A stretch of 56,940 nt of DNA from a virus (taxonomy: Duplodnaviria > Caudoviricetes), in the IMG/VR virus record IMGVR_UViG_3300032093_009193, positions 1 through 56,940 of that record; one strand, given 5' to 3'. Position numbers and translations under genes: made by a program. Shown in pieces: positions 37,027 through 46,476 of this stretch (positions within the stretch are counted from its first letter, which is position 1; each line of letters starts with the position of its first letter). Under the pieces are notes generated by a model that worked only from the letters and a program-made list of their open reading frames with translations, ran no database searches and was not told the origin of the DNA.

Positions 37027-38480
37027 GTTAAAATCACCTTTCTGAATAATCTTAAATATACATTCGTGTCAGTTGGCATCAATACGGTATATCCAAACTT
37101 TGTGGTATTTGTAAAATTTTGCCCATAAACAAATACATGCCCATTAAAACTATATTTTTCACTACTATTTGATAAAATATTTTCATAAAATATAGAAGAA
37201 GAAGCTAATTTATTCTTGATATTCAACTTGGTCTTTAGCGAAGAATCTTTATTTATTTTATTTGATAAATAATACAATTCTATGATGCTTGGTATGTAAT
37301 AATCGGCAAAACCTCTTCTAATTTGTCCTGTTATAGTATTTATGAGTTTTGTTCCATGCCCATAGAAATTTATTCTATCCCCATAGCAATTGTAAAAACC
37401 ATCCGATAACGATGTATTTGGCATCGTAGAAGTTTGCTCTTCTGGAGACATATAAACTGCATAGTAGTCATATTTATCAACAATCAAGGCCCATTTCGAA
37501 TAAACATCTCTTGGTGTCGTATCATTGTAGTGTTGTTCAACTGGTTCTTTGAGATTCAAAGATCCATAAACTTTAGAGGATGACGAATTTACTGTAAATT
37601 TTCCTATATAAATTCCACCCTGGAATTCATCACCAGAAGTCAACCCTAAAAGGTCAAAATCAACCTCGGACATACTGTATGGTTCTATTTTTCTATTTGC
37701 TAGTTTCGTTGGATTTTCTGGTGAAAAGCTTGAATTGCAGAAGACAAAACCATCTTCTTCAGTTTCTGGAGAAATCCAGTATCCAAAACAATCATCCTTA
37801 AATGAAAGATTGCACTCATATGAAAATCCAGTAGTAATTTTAGTCAAATCAAAACATGCACCAACATCCTCTGTGGTGGTAGATGCAGCACCAACTGCCA
37901 TTTGTTTGTAAAGGAAATCTGTAAGTCCAGATGTTGAGCAGTTAGATGTCGCACAAGTTTCAGAACTGTTGTAAACTGGAACATTTCTCAATGTTCCATC
38001 ATTGAATGTTATACCTCTCAATGAACATTCTCTCTCCGAACAAACATTCTCACATGTTATTCCTATAGGAAATCCAGAGGCATCATATGCAAAATAACAA
38101 CAAGATTGAGGAATTCTTGCATCGATACCTAGAAGATTTAAGGGATTTGTCGGATGAAAAACTCCACCTATTCTTGAGCACTCACATTGTGATGTTGTAG
38201 CTTTACCCCAATCTGGATTCGCACCAAGAACTGCTGGATTGTTTGCTACTTGTATTTTTTGATCAAATGTCAGATAAGAGCAAGCAAAACAATTTCCAAT
38301 TTCCCCTTGTTGTGGGCAAGAAACATTATCACCTACCAAAAAAGTTCCATTATTGATAAAACATTCATAAAATGTTATTTGGTCGCTGGTTCCATCTGTA
38401 TAACAACAAGTTCCAATTTTTTTTAGATCAGAACCAAAATCCTTTACTGATTTAACTCTTGATCTAAATTGAATACTCAT
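37023..38480 (-). CDS. Cys-rich virion/fibre protein with C-terminal DUF1566 (Lcl-C)-like domain
   Basis: Degenerate GxCC repeats, then GDEFQGGIYIG, WALIV, DGFYN, GFADYYIPSIIEL, SSS and LRLFRK. Start set at MSIQF (ATGA overlap). Confidence 0.65.
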   Translation of the reverse strand: MSIQFRSRVKSVKDFGSDLKKIGTCCYTDGTSDQITFYECFINNGTFLVGDNVSCPQQGEIGNCFACSYLTFDQKIQVANNPAVLGANPDWGKATTSQCECSRIGGVFHPTNPLNLLGIDARIPQSCCYFAYDASGFPIGITCENVCSERECSLRGITFNDGTLRNVPVYNSSETCATSNCSTSGLTDFLYKQMAVGAASTTTEDVGACFDLTKITTGFSYECNLSFKDDCFGYWISPETEEDGFVFCNSSFSPENPTKLANRKIEPYSMSEVDFDLLGLTSGDEFQGGIYIGKFTVNSSSSKVYGSLNLKEPVEQHYNDTTPRDVYSKWALIVDKYDYYAVYMSPEEQTSTMPNTSLSDGFYNCYGDRINFYGHGTKLINTITGQIRRGFADYYIPSIIELYYLSNKINKDSSLKTKLNIKNKLASSSIFYENILSNSSEKYSFNGHVFVYGQNFTNTTKFGYTVLMPTDTNVYLRLFRKVILT

Positions 38481-41400
38481 GATTCTCCTTGTACGCAATC
38501 TTCAAGATTGTTTATTGCCGTAAGATCAGTTGCATCTACAGGTACACAAACATAATCGGTATCAGAAATATATAGTTTCTTTAAAACAGTACCAGCAAAT
38601 GCAGTTACACAGCTATTGTTTGGTCTTTCTCTATAGAACATTTCTCCTGGAATATTTACCTGATTTTGTTGTAAATTTAGTAAAAGATTTTGAGGTATAT
38701 TTGTTATTTTTTCAAATCCAGGATTATTATTATATTGATCTATAAATTGTTGACAGGTTATCTTCGTTCCGTCATTCTTTGTTAAACAGAAATTTCCACA
38801 AATACTATTTTGTTCATTTGGGCACTCGTCTGTTCCAGAATTTACTGGAGCACACATTTTATCTCTTATTGATGAAGTGCTACTTCCCTGAGAAGTATAG
38901 ATGGCAAATCTTGGCAAATATTGAACCAAATCGGGGGCTGTATCTAAAAAGACATCAGGAAGTGGGAACCAATATTGAATTAATCCACCACCAGTGCATG
39001 TAAAATCTCCACCTAATTGATTCTTTAAAACATTTAAAACAGTTCTATGCTGTATGCATGGATCTCCGACTTCAACACAACTTACTGTACCAGTTGGACA
39101 AGATTGAGCACTATTGTATTCTATAGAACCTCTACAACCACAAGAAGATTCAGAATCCTGACAAGATGTTATTATGGCTTTGTCTATTCTATTTGGAGAA
39201 AAGCAACAAGGTAAACATTCTGAACAATTTGGATCTTGAGAGCCAAATTGACAAAGGGATGTAGTTTGTTCGTCACAATCTGGATTGTTTCTAATAGTTT
39301 GAACACCCCAACCACTTAAAGTTGGAATTCCAGAACCTATAACATAATTTGTTTCATTTTGAACTTGATAATCCTTACAGAGTGGACATGTTGGTTCATA
39401 ATTTGGAACAGAAAATCCACAGGCTAAACCGTGACATTCATTTCCTAATGTTATTTTAGATCTAGTACTTTGATTAACCGAATCATTTTCAGTTGGTTTT
39501 ATGTCTGTGAATAAAACAAGTCTGAGAGTATTATGAGCAACTAATCTTCTATCTGTAAATTTATCTGGATCAATATCAATTCCAGCTTCTCCATCTCCTG
39601 TATCATTGTAATTAATATAATCTTTTGGATTTGGTATAGTTATACAGAAGACAAATTCACCATCTCCCAAATACTTCATTCTACCATATGGTAAAGTTAT
39701 GCTGTCTTGATCGTAAGGATCATTAATAGCTTTGGATAAATAACCGATAACTCTTTCAGTTGTATAATCTTGTTCTACTATTTGAGTGCTAGTATTAAAA
39801 TTTCCAATATTGCTTTCTGAAAGATATCTTTTATATGGAGCATTTGTGTCATTCGGATTAAATTCTATATGTCCGCTGTCGTATATAATATCATATGGTT
39901 TTGTTTTATAAGTATTCGCAGATACAACGGCTGGTATTACTGTCGAACCACCAGGACCAAAACCTCCAGTAGTTTCTTTTCTAGCCTGATAATTTGGATT
40001 CAATAGGTCTACTGTTAATGGATGTCCTGGATAATTTAATCCATAAAATTGATATGGTACTGAATCTGATTGTTCGGCTTCAATATTATTTATGAATGTA
40101 TTTGAAAATGAATTTGATGTTCTCGCATATTTTTTATATACTGATCTTATACTATTTGTATTAGAATTTGGAAAAGTTGGAAATATGGAATCGGAAGCTC
40201 TCATATAGGTGTAACCCATATTAAAATAACCAACTGGAATTCCTATACCTCCAACTATATTTCCACTAGAATTTATAGTGGCAGAGACAGCACTGCTATT
40301 ATTTTGTGGATTTATTTTACCAGGTTCAGATTCTGATGCAGTATATAGATTGTTATTAGATCTATCTAGTAATTCTTTATTATAATAAAACTGAATGATC
40401 GCATTCATTCGATCATGAAATGGACTTTGATCCCCAGAGGTTGAAACTGGAGTTAGTAATTGAAATGTTTCTAAAATATTATATACTTTTAATTGTGATA
40501 TGTTTGTTGAAACGGTATAATTAGTATTAATTAATGGATAATTATAAGTAACAAACATTCTAGAAGTTGTATTGGTCGTATATTGAAAGGGCTTTGAAGT
40601 TCCAGAAATATTAATACTTCCAGAACTATTAAAATTTACTATATCACCAGCAGTTGTAAATCCTTTTACATATCCAGTAGAATTTTCAAAACCTTTAGTG
40701 AGTCCCATTATGTTAAGACCCAATTTGAGATAATAATCAGTCAAATCTGAGGCAGTGGTCAATCCACCTGGAATTATTTCTGGTCTTGGTGTAAGTTCTT
40801 GTGGAATTGTATTAAATAGTGCATTTCCATTAATATCGAAGTCTGCACTTCTATTTGGTTCTCGCTTCAATCCCAACAATGGATTATTCAATTGATCTCT
40901 CAACTGAACAGTAGATGGCATATATGCAAATTCATCAACAAGATCAACACTAATTTTATATTTTATTGATCCAGTAGTTGGATCTAAATTTTCTTCTAAA
41001 CTTCGATCAGTTGGATTAATAAACTCAAATGGATTATCATTTTCATCGACATATCCATTGAGTGCCGCTAAATTATGTGCAAAGTGTCTTGGATAATGTG
41101 TTCTTAACAGATAAAATCTAAAATTTTCAGGATTTCCAGTATCACATTTTATTTTTAAGCAAATTCTAGCAAGTTTATCTTCACCCTGTGGAAAATTTGG
41201 ATCTGTTGCTAGTTCACCATTGTAAAAATAATTTGGATAAGCAACTCCAGTTTGTGGTGTTATAGATCTAAAATTTTCCTTTGTTATGAATATATCTTTT
41301 ACACCAATACCCTGTCTGAAATATATTTTTGGAGCACCAGTAATTACTTGATTAGTTTCAGACAATGCATAGTTTACAACTCCTGGGGTCAAAATAGAAT

Positions 41401-43414
41401 CTACGCTTGTATCTGGTGATAAAAATGTTACAGTTGTACTTGTATTATTTACTGGTGAAGATACAGCATCCTGACCACGATTAAAATCTACAACACCTTC
41501 ACATGTTAATACTCTTGCCTGAGCTGAAAAACAATCTGATTCATCTTCAACTGCTGGGCATGGATCTGGATCGGGACCACCACCACCACCAAAACCACAT
41601 TGCTGACAATCAGTATTTTCACCCAAATATCTTCCAGCAATTGCTTCACACTCTGATTGTGTCCTTTGATCGCAAATTTGATTTATATCATCACAGCAAG
41701 CACCAAGATCACCACCAGTATCACATGTTGAGCAATTTGTATTTTTACCTTTATAATTTCCACCAGCCGCAGCACATTGTGCTGGAGTTATAACAGAGCA
41801 AGTACCGTCTGTTTTACAACATGCTCCAGTTTCTTCTGGTTGTGGGCATTGATCACATGTGGTGTAATCTCCAAGATAAGAACCAGAACTACTCACACAA
41901 GCGGTAAATGATAAAATAGAACAACTACCATCTGAATAACAGCAAGCACCTTTTGGAACAGAATATATGCAATCACAGTTAATTTCTGAACAGTTTAAAT
42001 CTTCACCCATAAAAACACCACCAGCTGCATCACATTGAACTTTATTTAGTTCAACACAGCCAGCTGTTGTGCAACATGGGCCAACACCAACAGCATCTTC
42101 ACAACAATTTACATCGTTACATGATCCAGTATATCCAACACCGCCAAGATATTCCTCACATAAAAGTCTGGTAAAATTGCTACCTAAACATATACCATCT
42201 TTACAGCAGGAAACAATTTCATAATCGCCACAGTAGTATGGACACAATCTATTTCCAAAATTTGTACCCTGTGGGTCATTTGCGTATGCTCCACATGTTA
42301 TTCCCCTGTAGAATGTGCCAGCAAATGATTCACATTCAGTTGGATTGCTATTTTCAAGACATCTACCATTTGAACAGCAAATTCCAGTTATACCGCAGGA
42401 ATTTATGCACGATTGAAGGGCATTAAATGTTCCAAATAATCTATCGCATTGATCCTTTGTGACATATTCATTACAACCAAGAGTTCCATCAAAATTTGTA
42501 TAACAGCAAGAACCAAAAGTATATGTTATTGGACAATTGTCATTATCAACATCAAAACCTCTAGCAGCAACCGTCGCTGACCAGCTCTCACCTTGAGTTG
42601 TGGTTGTCAGGTTGACTATGGATTTTCCACAAGTTAAGTAGTTTTCACCATTTTCAAAATACACATTTTCTGGAAAATACCATATATCTTCATTTTGGAA
42701 AATTAAAGTTATAGATACTGATTCATTTTTATTAAATGTTCCAGTGAATCCAGCAATACCGTTTGGAGTCGTTATATAGAATAATCCAGCATCATCAACA
42801 TTTAGATATGTTGGTGTATCAAAAATGTTTCTAGATTGTACAAACTTAATTTTTGATCTAGAATTTAATTTTGATTTTGTATTTCCCTTATCATCGTATA
42901 CCAAGGTTCCACTGTTATAAACACCGTCATAAGTTACACCGATTGTAGTACTTGAAATTTGATAATTTGTCTTTAAATATACCAAAGTATCAACATTCAA
43001 ATTGGCAATATCTAACTCCGACTGAACTTCTGCCAATGTTGTGTTGAAGTAAACGAAGTTTTCATCTTCTGTCAAATATAAAGAACCAGTGGCCGAAAGA
43101 CCCTTTACTTGCAACTCACCAGAAGAGTATGTATAGTATAAAGTTATACCGTCACCACTACTCACTCCAGCGATCAAAAATTCAGAAGTAGCACCTCTAA
43201 AATTTCCAGTTATTGTGCTTGTAGATCCATCAGAAAGATTTAAAATTATTCCAGTATTTGTTGGATTTGATGATAATATATAAACACCATATGGACCAGT
43301 TGCTCCGATTGGACCAGTATTTCCAGTACTTCCAGTTACACCCCTTGAACCAGTTGCTCCACTTGGTCCTTTTGGTCCGATATATGAATGTGTTCCAATA
43401 GTGCTGCTTGACAT
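38477..43414 (-). CDS. Large (1645 aa) Cys-rich fibre-like virion protein
   Basis: N-terminal collagen-like (Gxy)10, seven GACC-type repeats, a long Cys-poor middle and a Cys-rich C-terminus; late promoter; lies in the gp9-12/wac slot. Confidence 0.65.
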   Translation of the reverse strand: MSSSTIGTHSYIGPKGPSGATGSRGVTGSTGNTGPIGATGPYGVYILSSNPTNTGIILNLSDGSTSTITGNFRGATSEFLIAGVSSGDGITLYYTYSSGELQVKGLSATGSLYLTEDENFVYFNTTLAEVQSELDIANLNVDTLVYLKTNYQISSTTIGVTYDGVYNSGTLVYDDKGNTKSKLNSRSKIKFVQSRNIFDTPTYLNVDDAGLFYITTPNGIAGFTGTFNKNESVSITLIFQNEDIWYFPENVYFENGENYLTCGKSIVNLTTTTQGESWSATVAARGFDVDNDNCPITYTFGSCCYTNFDGTLGCNEYVTKDQCDRLFGTFNALQSCINSCGITGICCSNGRCLENSNPTECESFAGTFYRGITCGAYANDPQGTNFGNRLCPYYCGDYEIVSCCKDGICLGSNFTRLLCEEYLGGVGYTGSCNDVNCCEDAVGVGPCCTTAGCVELNKVQCDAAGGVFMGEDLNCSEINCDCIYSVPKGACCYSDGSCSILSFTACVSSSGSYLGDYTTCDQCPQPEETGACCKTDGTCSVITPAQCAAAGGNYKGKNTNCSTCDTGGDLGACCDDINQICDQRTQSECEAIAGRYLGENTDCQQCGFGGGGGPDPDPCPAVEDESDCFSAQARVLTCEGVVDFNRGQDAVSSPVNNTSTTVTFLSPDTSVDSILTPGVVNYALSETNQVITGAPKIYFRQGIGVKDIFITKENFRSITPQTGVAYPNYFYNGELATDPNFPQGEDKLARICLKIKCDTGNPENFRFYLLRTHYPRHFAHNLAALNGYVDENDNPFEFINPTDRSLEENLDPTTGSIKYKISVDLVDEFAYMPSTVQLRDQLNNPLLGLKREPNRSADFDINGNALFNTIPQELTPRPEIIPGGLTTASDLTDYYLKLGLNIMGLTKGFENSTGYVKGFTTAGDIVNFNSSGSINISGTSKPFQYTTNTTSRMFVTYNYPLINTNYTVSTNISQLKVYNILETFQLLTPVSTSGDQSPFHDRMNAIIQFYYNKELLDRSNNNLYTASESEPGKINPQNNSSAVSATINSSGNIVGGIGIPVGYFNMGYTYMRASDSIFPTFPNSNTNSIRSVYKKYARTSNSFSNTFINNIEAEQSDSVPYQFYGLNYPGHPLTVDLLNPNYQARKETTGGFGPGGSTVIPAVVSANTYKTKPYDIIYDSGHIEFNPNDTNAPYKRYLSESNIGNFNTSTQIVEQDYTTERVIGYLSKAINDPYDQDSITLPYGRMKYLGDGEFVFCITIPNPKDYINYNDTGDGEAGIDIDPDKFTDRRLVAHNTLRLVLFTDIKPTENDSVNQSTRSKITLGNECHGLACGFSVPNYEPTCPLCKDYQVQNETNYVIGSGIPTLSGWGVQTIRNNPDCDEQTTSLCQFGSQDPNCSECLPCCFSPNRIDKAIITSCQDSESSCGCRGSIEYNSAQSCPTGTVSCVEVGDPCIQHRTVLNVLKNQLGGDFTCTGGGLIQYWFPLPDVFLDTAPDLVQYLPRFAIYTSQGSSTSSIRDKMCAPVNSGTDECPNEQNSICGNFCLTKNDGTKITCQQFIDQYNNNPGFEKITNIPQNLLLNLQQNQVNIPGEMFYRERPNNSCVTAFAGTVLKKLYISDTDYVCVPVDATDLTAINNLEDCVQGES
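41597..42514 (-). repeat. Seven tandem protein-level GACC repeats (GxCC-x4-9-C-x6-9-C-x3-GG-x-F/Y-x-G-x3-4-C)
   Basis: Units begin GSCC, GICC, VSCC, GPCC, GACC, GACC and GACC; diverged at DNA level. Confidence 0.85.
43289..43378 (-). repeat. Collagen-like Gly-X-Y tract
   Basis: GPK GPS GAT GSR GVT GST GNT GPI GAT GPY. Confidence 0.9.
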
Positions 43415-43423
43415 AATTTTAAT

Positions 43424-43431
43424 TATTTATA
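43424..43431 (-). promoter_or_regulatory. Late promoter TATAAATA for the 1645-aa gene
   Basis: Exact match in the intergenic gap, 9 nt before the ATG. Confidence 0.75.
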
Positions 43432-43436
43432 AGATA

Positions 43437-46400
43437 TTATGTAGTTCCATCTGGACAACTTGGGCATGAATTATAGTTAAAATCATCCTCAGCTAGTTTT
43501 ATAGAATAAGAAGAATCTTCATAAACTAAAATTGGAATTCTTCTTATTGGCCTCAATCTGGCTACTTTAGAATCTCTATTTTGTGATTCTACAAATCCAT
43601 TTGAAAAATTTTGCGTTAGCATTTTTTCACCAGCACAAGCATTCATACTTAAATCGTATAATTTATCTTCTGTTAGATTAAAATCATTTTTTGTAAATCT
43701 AAATTTAGAATTAAATTCTCCACTTGGAGTTTCGAATATTTCATAGTATTTCTTATCCAAATGATTATTTACATTCCACTTGTGTAGAGTACACATACTG
43801 GAAGAACTCCAATATTTTTGTGCTGCAAACACATCATCACCATTTAATGCTATTGCAGTATTTAGTTCAGTTAGATTTCCATAAATATGGTTCAATTCAA
43901 TGATACTTGGAACATACCAATCATTGTATCCATTTAATCCAGTTTGATTCAAAACAGAAATTTGCTTCATACAGCTGTCGGAATCAGTCATATTATCCCA
44001 TAAAATTGCATATGAATTTTTAAATTCATTTTCATTTGTTTCAATGGTATTTTCAATTGTATTATTTTGCCACTTACTATTTGGATAGGCTCCATTGCTA
44101 TAGAATACGAATCTATCAAAAGCAAGTGCATCTACCCCAGTATTTGAATCGTTTTCAGCTAAATCTCTAAACCAAAAATAAGTATTTTCTTTGGAAGTTT
44201 CGTCATGCATTCTTGTGGTTAGAAGACCGTCAATCATGCATGTTGAAATTGGTTCCAAATTATATCCAAATTCACCATTACCTCTTACTCTTGATTCAGA
44301 TATTCCCCAAGACAAATTCTTACTACCAGATATTTCAATATCTTCTGGGGCAACGATTATAGCCCAAAGCATATGAATTTGAGTTTCACCGTAAAATTGT
44401 TTTGCCAACTTAAGATAAGTTGAGGAGCCAACAAAACCTAAAGGTTCAAACATTGAAATATTTGAAAGATGTTCTAATGAATATGAGAAAGTTCCATTTC
44501 TAATATCATATTCTAGGTTATCCTTGAACATGATTCCATCATCCCACTCAACTGGAGTATTTAATGTTGCAGTTTGTCTGGCAACACCTTCATATGTTTG
44601 CATTATGAATGGTAAACCAGCTTTTAACAAGCAAGAATTTATTCTTTGCTTATCTTCTGTCAAAACTTCTGGATAGGTTCTTGTAAAGTACTTGATATTA
44701 AGTGATGATGGAGGAAGGGAAGTAGTGCCAAAAGTTACACCAGATTCACCAAAACAGTTTTTATATTTCCAAGTTGGATCTGTTGGCATAAATCCTCTTG
44801 GAAAATATCTACAAGAAAGTGGTTGACCTTCAGCAACCAATGGATTTGAATAAACTGAACAGGGTGATGGTGCTCCAACAATACCAACAAGATATCCACC
44901 ACCAACATAAGTCCCTATTGGTAAACATGGGATCAATTCTGAATATTTACACGCTTCAGATGAATTGAAATATTCACCTCTGAAGTTGTTTCCGCAGCAG
45001 GAATTTAGACCACAAACTTCACCTGGCCCTAAGAAAATTCCACCACTTTCTTTGCACTCTACTGGTGTATAACCATCGTTACATTCACTACCATCAGCTT
45101 TGCAGCATCCACCCCGTAAGGTATCTAAGCAATCTGGATCACAATCACCATCACAGCTTTCTCCTGGATGAAATGAACTATTTGGTATGCTTTCACAAGC
45201 AAAACTTGTTATATCATCGTAGCATTTACCTTTTACGCAGCATTTTCCAGTTTGATCATCTAGAGGACAATAACTTGGGCAATTAAAATATCCCTCACCA
45301 ATACTACCTCTCACTGGATGACAGACTTCATTTGGGTAAAAAATTCCATTATATTTCAAACATAGTTCTTGTGAGGTGCTTATACATTCCCCGTTAACAC
45401 AGCAAGCACCTTCTGCGAAACAATCACCACTTCCATTTTCTAAACTTGAAACATATCTTTTAACGCATTCTACCGTGCTGAAACTTCCACCCATATCATA
45501 GCAATATTGCTTTGTAACATAATCTAAACATTTAATATCTGATACTGTCTCATTTAACGCACAGAAGCAGCATGAACCTATATTCCCAGTTGCACCTATT
45601 ACTTGTGGAGTAAATATAGAATTTTTCTTAATAGTAACTGGTAAAAACTTATAATCTAAATCGACACCACCACTACTTCCAATGAAGAGATTCGGTGTAT
45701 ATGTAAATCCATTTAAAGTATTGTTTATCTTTTCTTCAAATCTTTGTTTATTTACATTATAGCCAATATCTGGAGAATATGAATAAACTGGAACTGCTAT
45801 TCCAGTTGCACCAGTATAACCCACTATATCCTGGGTTAAATTTGCTAGTGTTTCATTAAAATTTTTAGTGTTGTATAATGTTATTCTTTCACCAGCTAAT
45901 GGAATTCTTAAGGTCTGCGTTGTAGCATCCCAATAACTATTCGGAACTCCCTTTGCCTTTGTTGGTGTGTAGATATAAGCAATATTTCCAGTTTCACCAA
46001 CTGGGAAAAAATTATAGGTTTTACCCTGAACTATAATTTGATTAGATGTTACTGAAACTGATTCTATAGATCCTGTGGAACTTCTAAAAGTTATACCTTT
46101 AATTTTCAGATAATCAGTTTTTCCCAATTCTAATAAATTTTGAGATTTTTGAACTTCGTTGTAATGATATAATACGGATATTCCATTAGTAGTTACACCC
46201 TTAACAACAGCATACTGATTTTCATACTCTGAGGTTGCACCCTGAATATTAATTTGAATCGTTCCAGTATCACCTAAAAATATAGTTAAAATATTTGAAG
46301 ATGTCGAAGTAAATCCAGTTATACCATAACCAGTATTTCCAGTGGCTCCACGAACCAAAGGTCCAGTGATTCCAGTAGCACCAGTTATACCAACAGGGCC

Positions 46401-46475
46401 AGTTGGACCAGTAACACCAAAAACTCTTGTACTGATCGTTGAAAAGACAAAATTTGAGCTTCCTAAAATCGACAT
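43437..46475 (-). CDS. Collagen-like / GACC-repeat / DUF1566-like fibre protein (1012 aa)
   Basis: N-terminal GxT collagen and four GxCC repeats, then IGTYVGGGYLVG, WAIIVAPED, DGLLTT, GYNDWYVPSIIEL, YWSSS and LRPIRR. Confidence 0.7.
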   Translation of the reverse strand: MSILGSSNFVFSTISTRVFGVTGPTGPVGITGATGITGPLVRGATGNTGYGITGFTSTSSNILTIFLGDTGTIQINIQGATSEYENQYAVVKGVTTNGISVLYHYNEVQKSQNLLELGKTDYLKIKGITFRSSTGSIESVSVTSNQIIVQGKTYNFFPVGETGNIAYIYTPTKAKGVPNSYWDATTQTLRIPLAGERITLYNTKNFNETLANLTQDIVGYTGATGIAVPVYSYSPDIGYNVNKQRFEEKINNTLNGFTYTPNLFIGSSGGVDLDYKFLPVTIKKNSIFTPQVIGATGNIGSCCFCALNETVSDIKCLDYVTKQYCYDMGGSFSTVECVKRYVSSLENGSGDCFAEGACCVNGECISTSQELCLKYNGIFYPNEVCHPVRGSIGEGYFNCPSYCPLDDQTGKCCVKGKCYDDITSFACESIPNSSFHPGESCDGDCDPDCLDTLRGGCCKADGSECNDGYTPVECKESGGIFLGPGEVCGLNSCCGNNFRGEYFNSSEACKYSELIPCLPIGTYVGGGYLVGIVGAPSPCSVYSNPLVAEGQPLSCRYFPRGFMPTDPTWKYKNCFGESGVTFGTTSLPPSSLNIKYFTRTYPEVLTEDKQRINSCLLKAGLPFIMQTYEGVARQTATLNTPVEWDDGIMFKDNLEYDIRNGTFSYSLEHLSNISMFEPLGFVGSSTYLKLAKQFYGETQIHMLWAIIVAPEDIEISGSKNLSWGISESRVRGNGEFGYNLEPISTCMIDGLLTTRMHDETSKENTYFWFRDLAENDSNTGVDALAFDRFVFYSNGAYPNSKWQNNTIENTIETNENEFKNSYAILWDNMTDSDSCMKQISVLNQTGLNGYNDWYVPSIIELNHIYGNLTELNTAIALNGDDVFAAQKYWSSSSMCTLHKWNVNNHLDKKYYEIFETPSGEFNSKFRFTKNDFNLTEDKLYDLSMNACAGEKMLTQNFSNGFVESQNRDSKVARLRPIRRIPILVYEDSSYSIKLAEDDFNYNSCPSCPDGTT
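44994..45578 (-). repeat. Four GACC-type Cys repeats
   Basis: Units begin GSCC, GACC, GKCC and GGCC. Confidence 0.8.
46356..46418 (-). repeat. Collagen-like Gly-X-Thr tract
   Basis: GVT GPT GPV GIT GAT GIT GPL, continuing imperfectly as GAT GNT GY GIT GFT. Confidence 0.85.
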
Positions 46476-46476
46476 A

